Assembly: GCA_000002445.1 (NCBI GenBank) | Contig: CM000208.1 | Coordinates: 3,776,001 to 3,840,000 of the forward strand | Direction of reading: 5' to 3' | DNA length: 64,000 nt | Origin: Trypanosoma brucei | Lineage: Eukaryota | Shown here: positions 20,179-32,700 of the stretch, one piece after another | Layout of the letters: each line of letters begins with the position of its first letter | Numbering within the stretch: the first letter of the stretch is position 1 | Notes under the pieces: model-generated | The model's database searches: none | What the model was told of the DNA's origin: nothing | The model's input: only the letters and a program-made list of their open reading frames with translations | Position numbers and translations under genes: made by a program

Positions 20179-21560
20179 AATAGCTGAGGGGGGAAGTGGT
20201 CGATATTTAGTTTTTGGGAACCGAACGACAAATTTTAAGTTGGACTGCAGCTCTGTACTGTCGTACGGCACGAGAATTGTCAACATCATCCACCCTCATG
20301 TGTAGTAGGTGAATAGAGCGCAATGCGAAGTCAGCTTCCCCACTAAGGTGTTTGGACTTTTGAAGCATAGGCGGAGCGACAGCATCTGCGGATAATTTTT
20401 GGTTCAGTCTGCTTCGCTTTTGTGGAAGCAGCAACTTTTACGTCCCTTTAATCCACAAATGCACTCTGCGTACTCCGCGCGTTTGTGCTTTTGGGTTTGG
20501 ATCGTAGCGGCATTGCTGTTTCCTAGCGTTTCCTTACAAACGTCCTTCTGGAAAGCTCAACAGCCTTTCCAACTGGGTGTAAGGATTTTCCTCCTTTCCT
20601 GTAAACATAAAGACTCTATGGGAGTCAACCGCCTAATTTTATTTTGTTATGCTTTCATCTTCTTTTTTTTTTGTTTTTGACATAGACTTGTTTATTTTCT
20701 TCATTCCCCTTTTTCTTTTCCGTTGCTCCCCATCACAGCAAAGAAAAAAAATAAAAGGGCTGCAGGGCAGCAACATTTGGTCGCTGCGTCCCAGACAGGA
20801 CAAAGTTAATTAACAACTCAGTCTTCGTGAGGCTGGGGTGGCCACTTGGTTTCTCGTCCAGGCGAGTATAAGGCTGGTCGCAGGCAATTAGTCGAGTGGA
20901 ATCACCACGTTGTTCAATTTACCGGAAATTTTAAGGGAATATATTACGTTTGTATAGTTAAACGTTTATGCGATAAATATATGTATTGGTTTTTTTTATA
21001 TTGATTTATGGTGCTGTTTACCATATTTGGCTTTTTGTTTTTCCAGCTCCTTCCTTCTTTTGCCATGTGATTGGGTTAAAACTAGTGGGGCGGTGGGGTG
21101 TGCGCCTTCAGCGTGATTGGTGCTGATATGAAAAAGGAGAAAATGTAACTTCTGTCGATCAGGGGAAGAAAGAAAGGAGGGCAAACAAGTTTGAAGTGTG
21201 AGTGGTACATTTTTGCTCGTGTGGGTTCCGTGCGGGTTGCGTCCCCGCTGACGCTAACGTTGCGTGTCACTACTCGCTCTTCACACCTTCAATTTGTTTA
21301 CTTAACATTATGTTTGGCTGCGTGTGTGGATTTCGTCGAAAGAGAGAAGAAACAAAGCAAAAGGGAGAAAGGGCGGTCACAATCAGAAAGAAAAAAAAGG
21401 AGAAATTTGATAACTAAGTACTCGGTGCCTGAACCAACTGAAGGGGGAAGGTAGAGAAGGAAAAACCGAGAGAAGTGCTTCAACAAAAAAAAACGGAGGA
21501 GCAGAGAGCACGACGACACTTGTTTTGCAGGCCCATATAGCGCAAAAGTCCACGACAAAT

Positions 21561-22778
21561 ATGGAGGAGCGGACGCTGCAGTACCTGGATGGGATTATTA
21601 TTACCCTCAGGCAGGCGGGAAGCTATGGGACGGCGGAAATATTGGAGCGGGCGAGAGAAGAATTAGCTGGCGCTCAGTGGTGTGAAATGACAGACAGCCT
21701 GCTGCAGGCCGTGCACGATCCCATCGTTCTCAAATCAGCTTACGAACTGCATGAAAATGTGCTGAGAACAGTACGCATGGAAATGTCGCCTGTAGCGTAC
21801 GTAAAGTTACTGCATACAGTCTGTTTTAGTCCAAATGTTTCATTGCAAATGGCGCTAGAACTCGTTGATAACGCAGTAACTTCATTATCAATAAACCCCT
21901 CTGAACAGGGGGGGAATGCGGCCCGCTGTATCCGTGCGCTTTTGCTCCTCGATAGGCAGAACGGCTGTGATCATATCATTCCGCTGGAGGCGGCTGCGCA
22001 AGAAGCACACAACATTCTTGATTCTGTGGAAAATTTTATTCACTCGAAGCAGATGCATGAAGTGGACCCTGTCCTCACGGCGCTTCACTGTCAAGCCAGG
22101 GGAAAGGATTACAAGATGCGGCGGCAGTATACACAATACTACAAGAACGCTTTCGAAACCGTAAAGAGTGCGGAGCGCGCTGAGATGGCCATTCTTGAGA
22201 GTGATATGATGACACTTGCCTATGATACAGCCATAGCAGCGCTTCTGTCGGAGGAAATACACAACTTTGGGAAGTTTCTCAATTATCAGTGTTTTACCGA
22301 ACGGTTAGCCGCGAGCGCTGAGCACCTCTGGATCCTCGAGTGGCTTCGTATCTGCAACGACGGGAAGGTTGAGGAATTCGAGCAGTATGCTGAGACGCAC
22401 CGCAGCCACATTGAGTCGAACCCCGTACTGACTCGTGCACTCGCATCTGTCGTGCACAAAGTGCGACTGATGGCGCTTCTGCATCTTGTCTTCTACACAC
22501 CATTCAATGAACGAACCTTCGCCTTTGACCTGATTGCACGGCGGTGCGCAGTGCCCCTAAAGCGTGTGGAACCACTTCTTCTTGCGGCGCTGGCCCAGGG
22601 AATTATCATCGGCAAGATCGACGGCCTTTCGGAGGAAGTGCATATTACGTGGGTGGAGCCGCGAGTTTTGAGCCTGCAGGAGGTAAAGGAGCTGGCTGAG
22701 CACGTGTCGCACTGGAAAAAAAAGGTTATGGCACTCTCTCAATCAGTGATGGAGATTACGCAGCAAACTCCCAACTAG
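21561..22778 (+). CDS. PCI-domain protein (eIF3 / CSN / proteasome-lid subunit-like)
   Basis: The C-terminal ~100 aa (FDLIARRCAVPLKRVEPLLLAALAQGIIIGKIDGLSEEVHITWVEPRVLSLQEVKELAEHVSHWKKKV) fit the winged-helix end of a PCI domain. They are preceded by a helical-repeat region. The track ORF starts at a TTG at 21525; the first ATG is 21561. The exact subunit cannot be assigned without a search. Confidence 0.55.
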   Translation: MEERTLQYLDGIIITLRQAGSYGTAEILERAREELAGAQWCEMTDSLLQAVHDPIVLKSAYELHENVLRTVRMEMSPVAYVKLLHTVCFSPNVSLQMALELVDNAVTSLSINPSEQGGNAARCIRALLLLDRQNGCDHIIPLEAAAQEAHNILDSVENFIHSKQMHEVDPVLTALHCQARGKDYKMRRQYTQYYKNAFETVKSAERAEMAILESDMMTLAYDTAIAALLSEEIHNFGKFLNYQCFTERLAASAEHLWILEWLRICNDGKVEEFEQYAETHRSHIESNPVLTRALASVVHKVRLMALLHLVFYTPFNERTFAFDLIARRCAVPLKRVEPLLLAALAQGIIIGKIDGLSEEVHITWVEPRVLSLQEVKELAEHVSHWKKKVMALSQSVMEITQQTPN

Positions 22779-23759
22779 CGTTTCCTTTCCCTTTTTTCTC
22801 TGTTGTGTTTGAGGGGAGAAGGAGTAATCCGGAGAACAAGCAAAGACGAAATAGTCATGGGTGAAAATAGAGAAGGATGAGCGAATGCAAAAACGGGAGG
22901 GGAAAGAAAGGGCGGTGTACGAGCCCTTCATGTCTGCACATATCTCAAGAAAGGGGGGAAACTGACGGGGGTTGCGAAGAAAGATATGGTTCTGAAGGGT
23001 TTTTGTTAGTGCCGCTGTTAGTTGCAACCTCGCGGAGGCGGGGAAACGTGGCAGCTCTCATATAATATAACTCCGACGGTCACCCGTCGTTTCCTCTTGC
23101 TCCTTTCCTACCTTCACTGTCGCTGTTACGCCCTCACTATTTCTGTTGCCTCTACGTCTGCCCCGTTTTTGCCTGTTTACTTAAAGAGAAGGTGGGGGAT
23201 TGTTTGCCGCAGTGTGTGTGTGGGGAGGGGCACTTCTATGACACCACACCCTATCCGTACTTTCTTTTCCTTCCGTGTTCCACTGGCGGAGACCCGTGAT
23301 GTCTCTGGGAGCGCATTAAGGGGTGACGAGTTTGGAATATCTCGCATTACTGCGCGGTGACGACTCAAATGTTCTGGTTTAAGGCAGAACGAAGCCTGTG
23401 GCTGCACTGAGTGTAGACCGTCCTACTGTCTTTTGTTTTACTTCCGTCTTTCTCCCACTCATTTCACCTTTTTAATTCGTGTGCTTGTGTGTATCTGGTT
23501 GCCAGTAGTAGGCATACAGAACAGTGCAATAGCGAGGAAAGTGCTGTAACGAAGTGCAGGGCTGCTTTGTTCTTTGTCACAGGAGCCCCGCAGCCCTTCG
23601 CACCTAACCGTATAAATACGTTAGTAACCACATAACAAGTACAAAACTAGATAGACGTTGGGGTGGGAGTAAACGGAGAGAAAAGGGAAGAAACATAGAT
23701 CACTTCACCATTCCACCTCACTCATTCACAATTTCAGCTGCGGTTTCTCACCCAAACCT

Positions 23760-26700
23760 ATGACAAGTGCTGCCGCACTCCGACCCCCTGTGACACTGCT
23801 GTGGGATGCCAGGGTCAGTTGCTCCACACAGGAGAAGGGGAAGCAAGACGGTAGTTCGCCGGTGTTGGATTCGGAGCCCCATATTATCTCGCTGGGTGAG
23901 CTAGATGTGCTCAGCTGCAGCGATGAGGAATTAGAACTTCACCTTAATGGCATCAGGGATCTTGTACAAAGCAGACCGGACTCATGGCTGAAAAAGAAAG
24001 GTGGAAAGGGATTCTCAAAAAGGCAATTGGCCCTCATACAGGATGAGTTAGTGCACTACCAGGGGGTGCTGAAGCAAGCAAATGAAATACTTAGTTGGCT
24101 ACTCTGTCGGCTTAACGACCGCATAAGTGTGCTGCGCCGTGATGAGTCCATGTTGCGCGAGTATTACGAGAGCCTCGAACGTGGAACGGGAATTGATGAG
24201 GATTACAACATGCACAAGAAAGACAAATTTCACCGGAGATTGCGGGAGTCAAAGCGGAGGGCGCCCATCAAACGATATTCGAAGGAGCTAGAATTTTTGA
24301 CTTCGCGCCACACGCAGTTAGTGCAGCTGTTGACCACAGTCGAGTCAGAAGAACGCGCTTACAATGTGCGCGGGGCGGACGAGGACACCAGCCGGCGAAG
24401 TAAATTGTTGAGCCCCGAAGATACGAAAATTGAGGAAATATATAGGGACGCCGCCGCCGCTGGTGGGGGTAAAGCAGTTACACTAATGCGCATGCGTGCA
24501 CTGCAACCACTGATCAGAAAAGAACAGGAACTTCGCTTTGTGCCACCGCTCTTAGCGTCAGATGTCCACTCACGTTTACGGAAGGAAATTATACTACCCT
24601 TCTCCGTCCGCGTACTGGCGCTAAAAATTGAAAAGGGTAATATCATTGGTGACAAATTTGTCCAGTGGTATATTAACACAGTGGTGGATCCCCTGACAAT
24701 GGCCCAATTAGTAGAGCTTGTGCCGCGCGAGCACCTCGTGACAACTACAGTCCGGCTCGCGAAGGTCTGCGATGCGTACCCGCAGTCGCGGCGTGCCCAA
24801 CCCCTTCCGGATATATCACACGTCGTTTTGGAGTCCGTTTCTGAAGGTCGTATTGATGCCTTTGCGTCGCTCGTTCTTTCCACCTCAGCGACGTGCACGC
24901 GCGCTCTTCGGGACAAGGATGAAGAAGCCATTATTCTTTTCTCTGCTGTAATAACCGCGCAGGTGGAAGTTATACGGCGTATTATATCAGTTGGGTTCTA
25001 CAACACTAATGCCCTCAATGTCTGGCTATTCTTAAATCCCAACAACAAGTGTAACTACTATAAGACGTACGTACACGAAACAACGAACAATGTAAAGAAA
25101 TATCTAAGCTCGCTGTCACGCAGCAGTCGTGATCACCTAAGTACGGAGGGCGCAGAAGAAGATGTTATCGAAATGGCACAAATCACCCTGACACAAAAAT
25201 GGGAGGAGTGGGACAGCTCGCTTCTCACCGGCGGGTTGGGCGCCAGTCTGCGACACTTCTTAAATAACCGCCTCCTATGGAAAAGGAATACATCAACCCC
25301 AAAACCTCGCAGCAGTGCAAGTAGAGGAGGGAGGGACAGTGCAGCAGAGGGGTGGGAAAAGGGGCACGGGATGGACGTCAGTCTCAGCGTCAGTTTTACT
25401 CCCTCCCTTCTGAACAAACTTACTTCCGGGGACCCAACGTTCTCGTCACTGCTTTCGAGAAGGAAATTTGATCGCCTGCCGATGTCCGCCCCAAAGTGCG
25501 CCGTTCTCCCTGCTACCAGCACACCGATGTTACGTCGTGTAGATCCGTGGGGTTACACACCTCTTGAGACAACTGGAGCACATCTGCTGCTTGTTGGGGA
25601 CACGTCTACAGTCAATGCGCACGTGGTGCGGCTCCCAGCACGGCGGATGACCAAGTGGAATGAGCACGTCCCTAACGAGCCACAGGATGTGCGGATGCAA
25701 CGAGATCAAATGCAAACTTTAATAGACTCACATGGCACTCGGTTTTACTATGAAGTGCACATCTCGTTATTCTTCTTGATTAACGATGTGCCCCTGAGCC
25801 CTTCACCGTTTGAGTACACAGCCGCAGCCTCGGAAAATGCGACAAGTGAAGGTCTACCTTCTCAACAGCGGTGTACGGCTTACGTTGGTTGGTGTTCTGA
25901 GGAGTGCGTGGCGGCTGCTGACGGTTACTCCTCAAACCAGCCGCTTGGCAGTGACACCTCTTCTATAGGTATCTCGTTCGACGTCGTACACAGACATAGG
26001 TTGGACGAGCTCACAGAGGAAGTTATTCTGCGACCCATGAAACACGCAGTGGGGTGCACCAACACCATCGAGGTAGCTAATGATGGTGGAGAAATGCAAT
26101 CGGTTTCATTGATTCGGATGTACTTTCAAAGCTGGAACCGGACTCCCGATGGCGCGGATGAGAATGGTTCTGTATCGGATGATGCCATCTCCTTCGGAGA
26201 GAGCAGAACATCGTGGGTGTATTCCGGATTAGGAACCTTCAGTTCCGAAGGCTTTTCCTTGGAAAAACCCCGACAGCCAAGTGAGACCGTCGTCCCTTTT
26301 GTGAAATTAGTCGGAGAAGGAAATGAAGAGAGCGCGACCGAAGAGGACGATTCTGACGACATACCTCGTGTAATTCGCAATGTCTTTAGGTTGGCAGGTG
26401 TACCGGTATACAAGTCGCAATCAATTGTTATTGGGTGCCACGTTGACATGACAACACGATCAGCATCCTACACTGTTAATGGGGTAAGTCTTGGGACAGT
26501 TTTCACAGCACTTCCTTCAGCAACAGGACTCCGACCAGCGGTGAGCTTGCAGGTTTCCGAGGAAATGAAGTCGATCCTCCAAGGTGTGAATCAGAGTGAT
26601 TCCACGGTCGTCCGTTTCGTTTTTGACAGACACTTACTACTTTCGCACCACATGGAGTTGTTGGAACCTGGCGCAGTAGAAATCGAGTCGACCACCCGCA

Positions 26701-29700
26701 GCAGCTCGTTGCAGGATATTAAACCCCTGGGGGGCTCAGAAGAGGTTGAATTAATCCCGGGAATGGGCATTACCAAAGATGCGCTATTATTCGACGGAGA
26801 TATGATGCAGTGCGCGATGGTAAGACTTCTAACGGGAGCAGAAAGGGGTTCGTGCAGTGACGCCTTTGACGACGAAGAACTGATGAAAGGTGGTAGGGAA
26901 AGCATATCGCTTGGGACAGCGCTGAGAGTGAGGACTTCGTCGATACGGGCACTACTCAACAACCCGACGCCCAATGAAGACCTCCTGTTCTTTCCTCCAG
27001 TACTGTTAAGGCGCCGCAGTGACGAATCAGAAAAAGTAGCGAGTGGTATAACAATCATCCCTGAAGATGCGATGTTAGCCCCACTGTGTGCCGCGCTTGC
27101 CATGCGACAACGCATCGCCGCCTATCAGATCGTCATCCACCCGTTGTTGGACTTTGAAACGAGTAATCACATAATGTTGCAACAACGGCGCATGGCAGTA
27201 CTTGCATGTTCAACACTGGGATACGAAGAGGTGTTGTATGTTCTTCTCCAACGAATGGCAATACATGAGGTGGTCGCCCTGTTTTCAATCAAAGCACCGG
27301 CGGCTCCGCAAGATTCGCAGCCGAAGTTAAATAGACGCTTTGCCATAATACCCGCTAATAGCGCCAACAAAATAACGTCCGCAAGCACATTACAATACTT
27401 CCATTATACACCACTTCACTGCGCACTTCTCGAGGGACATACCAACTGCGCACATCTGTTGCTTTTTTACCTCAACCGCGCGCTTGGCAAAGAGTACTTG
27501 CGGCATGCCCTTAACGTCTTTTCTCGCGGTGGTGAAACGGCACTGGTGATTTCCTCTCGCGTCGGCTACACCGACATCGCAAAGCGGCTGCTTGCATTGG
27601 GTGCCTCGCCATTCTTGTTCGATCGCGTCACGAGATCAAATTGTCTAGAGCTCGCCTGCGCGGGCGGTAGTGAAGAGATTGCGTTAGCGCTTTTGGACAC
27701 CCCAGACTTCCACTCACCCGTTGCGGTCAATCAAGCCGGCTCAGCCCCTCCACTTTGCTGGTGTGCACTGAAAAACATCAGTGCCCTGGTGCGTCCGCTG
27801 CTTGAAAACGGTGCTGACCCCAATGTTACACTAGATGGACCAACACCTCTTTTTTTGGCTGTAATGTTCGAGAGTCAGGAAGTGGCATTGGAGCTTCTTC
27901 GGTATTGTGAATCAACAGCGAACAAAACCGCGCCAAGTGCGAATGCTTACCGGGCTGCGTTGCGAAAGCGCTTTGGTGCACCCACTGCACGGCGCCCAGG
28001 CGGGGAGGAGCTGGGTGATGAAGGTCCTCTGGCAATGCTGGATGTGGATGCGATGGACCCCCGAACCCAATGCACCGCTTTGCACTTGGCTTGCGAGAAT
28101 GGACAGTTGGCGGTGGTGCGTGCCCTCATTGCAGGGGGTGCGCAGTTGAATGTACAGAACAAAGCAAGCTTCGCAACTCCGTTACACTTAGCGGTCGAGA
28201 GTGGTCACGAAAAGGTTGCACTCGATATAGTTGAGTACGCGAAGAACAAGCTGCGACGGGGTCATGAGGTATTGGATATTAACGCCATTGACAAATCGGG
28301 GGATACGGTTCTACACGCCGCAGCGCGGAAGGGAATGCTCTCTGTCATCGAGTATATTATGTCTCAGTTCAGTGAGGAGGAGGTGGCTCGAATCCACAAA
28401 AACCATGATTTCTCGAAGCGCCCCAGTCCTGCAAATGTCCTGGCAGTCAACCGCCAGGGACACACACCACTTCTCGCGGCCATCCACGCGCATCAGGAAG
28501 AGGCCGCACAACTTATTGCATCGCTTGTGCCCGATTACTTGGCAAACCCCGGAGGTGCTATTGTGAGTGGGACGTGTGTGGCGATCTCAGAAAGTGACGT
28601 AGAGGGACTCGATAACGTGACACTATTTCTTCTTTCCTCACCCAATTATGTTGCAACGGAAGACTTTCGAAAAAGATTCTTTGATCATTACAATGCGAAA
28701 CGTGCGGAGATGGATTTAAGTGAAGACTATCCCAATTCGGAGGAAGTCCGAAGGCCACGTGTGGCTCTCCATGTCAATAAACGTCACAGCAAGAGGCGTG
28801 GTCGCCGTGTTCGTGTTGTGCCCTCCTTCAGGAAGCAGAGAATGTCTTTCCGGCTCAGCATATCCAGCATGTATGGCGTAGGAAGGAGTCGTGGCTCAAC
28901 AAGCGCCGTCGCAAGGGACGTCAGGACCGAAGACTCGCGTTCCAGGTGGGTTGTGGCAAATGAGCATTTAGCCCGTTCGAAGATGACCCGAATAGCACCA
29001 AGACGGTGCAGTATGTTTGTGAGAATGTTGCTTGCAAAGGGATATCGGAACCCCACCACGCGGAAGACTATACAGTTTCTGAAGCAAGGGTTTGCCATTG
29101 ACGAACTGTATGCCATGCTAGATGTAATCTCGTTTGAGACCCTACGGAAAGCACAGAGTCACTGGTCAATGCAATACACAGACTCCATTATCAGCTTTCT
29201 TCACATGTTTGGGGGCGTGCACGTCGCTCCGATCGATGCAGTTCTTTTTATCAGAAAACTGTTCTACTCTCATGAGTTGACGGAGAACGTGGACAAGGAG
29301 CAGGTTGAAGAGTCAAAGCAAAAGCTCATGAACATGCGGCCCCTGTGCCGCGACCTTGTAAACATGGTTCGAACCCGTGGAACTCTTACAGATTGCGTGG
29401 AGGACATGCGTCAAATGGTTTTGCAGTCTGGTCTTAGTGGTGACAAACTCACAGAGGAACTTACGTCACCATTTGGTTACACTGTGCTTCAGTTAGCCGC
29501 AACATTGTCATTGGCCAACGTCTGTACTTACCTCATTAATGAATGCCACATGAGTCCACTATTTGTTCCCGCTGGCCACTCAGACGAAAGCACATCCAAT
29601 GCTACAACAACCCGGGCACGGAGTGACGACGAAGACAGCGAGCAGAAATGGCTTCTGTCACCCTTTCGACTTGCTGTACGCACCCTTAACATAGAGGTGA

Positions 29701-32700
29701 TAACCGCCTTTCTTGCTTGTGATTACAACTCTTTTAGCATACATGACATGCTGGACCATAAAGAACTACCGATTGCCGACCCATTTCAGAGAACGGCGAT
29801 CCAGGAACTTCTGTCCAAGCCAACGGATACACTCTCCGATGAAGCAATTGGGTCCATCGTTACCGTTTTGAGGCTCCTTCTGAGGCATGGGGTGTCCGTG
29901 CAGGGTAATTTTGACGCCCTAGGGAATGATGCGTGGATGATGGCTGTTTGTTCGTCCCCAGGGAAGGGTATCGCCTTGCAAGTCTTTCTGGAGGAGCATG
30001 TGGAACTGGGCGAAGAGGATATTGCAAGTGAAACTGGTGAAAGTTTCACTCAACCGGCATTCAGCGACGGGAACAGGGACGAGGAGGAGGAAGAGGAGGA
30101 TGAGGAAAGGGAACAGCACCCACAGACTGAGTGTAGCAGTGAAGCAGACGGAGGGAGATCTGAAGATTTTCTGACCGAACCGTCAGCTTCGATGGTATCA
30201 GAAACTGCGACCATGAACAGTTCTCTAAGTTTAGTCTTGACTATGCGTCGCAAACCCGGTGAAGCTCTTGCGTCCTTCGGGTACGTACGGCGACGTGTTG
30301 GTAGGCGTCGTGGTCAAAGGTCGAGTGAATACTACGCCTCGCTCATTTTTGCATGTGCGGAAAATAACCCACAGCTCCTTGCTAAGTTCATAACTGAATA
30401 TCCGCATGTCCTTTCAACGGATGTCATTAATTCTAAGACGGGGGAAACGCTTTTGATGTACCTGCTACGCCGAGCATCGGATCTGTATGTTTTGGAATGT
30501 GGGTTGCGTAATCTGTTCCTATGGGAGGGTAAGACCGATGCTCCTACACCCTCACCAGATTCTGCCGGGGCGTTACTCTACGACACCCCTCAGACGCACC
30601 CCACCGTTGAATCAGGCAGCACGCCTTACCGCGACCCCCTTACAATCCCGGGCGTTCGGATTCTTCTTGGAGTTGTGGATCAGCTCCTGCGAACATTCAG
30701 TTTCAACAATCTGCATTACGAGTGCAATGGGCAAACCGCCCTAACACTAGCCGCGCGGCTCAGTTGTAATCCGGCTGTTCGACACATTGTAATACAGGGG
30801 TGCCAACAAGCGGGGAGTGACACAACAACGGTTGTGCTTAGTTCGCCGTCGAAAAGCTCGACCAAGGTCTTAGGGTGGGGGACGCTAAGCGGAGGCGACA
30901 GGAGCCCCGCACGAATGAGTAGCCCTTGCAATGAGGGACTCCAGAACGAATTGCGCATATTTAATTGTTGGATGTCGCTCTGCAATTGTTTGTATTACAC
31001 CGAAGAAGATATGGAGGCTTTGTTTGCAGTTCTACGTCACCTGCCGAGTAGCATAAGGGTGTCATTCCTGGGAATGGTGTACCCTAACTTGCACCCGATG
31101 GTTGCCCTGCGTGTAGCAGTTCTGTACACTAATGCTATGAAACGTATTCTTATCAAGCCTATGGTTTCAAGTACTTTTTGGTGCAGCGTATTCTATGCCC
31201 AGTTTGTTGGACGACTGGAAGAGGAAGTATTGAGGAATGGCAAGTGGAACACACTTCTCAGTATACTACTACCGTGTGCCTCCGCGATTCCCATATACCT
31301 CTTGAAATCAATGCCATCATTTCCAGAGACGTCCCCCGATGACCTTTTGCCCGGCACTTCACTGGCGAGCGTCACGCCCACGGAACAAAGTACCGAGAGA
31401 ATAGCAAGAGGGAGTGTGTTGCAGCAGCCGTCAAACTGGAGAACGATAATCAACGGGACAGAGCAGTACATCAAACAAATTGCTACAGCAGCTGTATGTG
31501 CTGTGGCACCGGTGCATCTTACCTCTGGTACACAAAGCTATAAGAACCTTCCTGCAGTTCGGCAAAGTTTTCTTTCGGAGATGGCCTCACACTTTCACGA
31601 AGTGCTCGAACTGGCAGTGCGCTTTGACAACTGTGCTCTACTTAGTGCACTTATAAATATGCTTCCAGCTGATCTTTGCCACTGTCTAAAGTTCGAGTGG
31701 CGTTGTTTGATGGAAAAGAACCACCTTCCAGTGATTGCGGTGACTGCAGGGAGCGTTAACGTGCTAAAGTACCTTGAACGCATTCCAGAAGCGGGGCGGT
31801 ATGTGACCTATGACCGTTATGACCGCATCGACACGGATACTGGCATGCCTGATGACTATGCTGCAAATGAACACAATGCACAGCAGGATGCAACTCAGCC
31901 TCGTCGGCGCTCGATCAGTCTACCTTCCATCGCGTTCCTAGGGAGTAACGAAAGGCCCCAAAACACCTTAAGCCCCCACAAGGGCTTAGATAAGGCAGGC
32001 GATGCTTCGCCGAGTGAGAAGAAGCAAAGCGAGGGTGGACAATTGAAGGGATCCAACAGTGGAACGGCGGCGGGTAATAGTCAAGAAGCCGGTGACACCA
32101 CAAAGGAAGGGACTCTCCACAGCTGGGATGTGATATCTGCTGTTCATCAGCGAAAGGCAGTTGGGGCAGTGACGTGGGGTGTAGGCGCGGCCGCCCGTCC
32201 GGTGTCCATGCACAAACAATCCGTCTCAAAAGAATCATCAAACACGACGATGAAGCTATCTCGGGGAAGACAGCACGGTGGCGCTACGAGGCGCCGTAGT
32301 GCGGGCACCGGCAAATCGTTTAACGTCACTCCAGCCTCATCAGCACCCGATTCGTGGCGTAGCGGTGCAGATGGAAAGCCGAAGTCATCGCCATCGAAAC
32401 GGAGACTGTCACTGGAGGGGGGGCCGGGAACGGGCGGAACTAGTTTCACTTCGCCCTCGAGAGGTATGAGGCTTTTCTCGATAACCCCTGAGGTGCGGGA
32501 GCAGCCACGTTACTTCGCGTACTATCTCTGTGATTGGGCTCTTCATACCACCTTACTGCTGCACGCACCATATCCGTCAATGAGAATGATAGAGACCCTC
32601 CTGCACCTCATGGACAATCGGGCTCCCCTCAGTGCATCCGCGATACACATGTTCCTCGCGGCCTCGCGCCCAATGAATCACTGGTCCTCTGGCGAAGGTG

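Noticed and set aside
29340-29360. 'atggttcgaacccgtgg', resembling a tRNA T-arm (GGTTCGAAnCC)
   Set aside because: It lies inside the ankyrin-protein CDS in frame (…NMVRTRGTL…). No acceptor or anticodon stems are evident around it.
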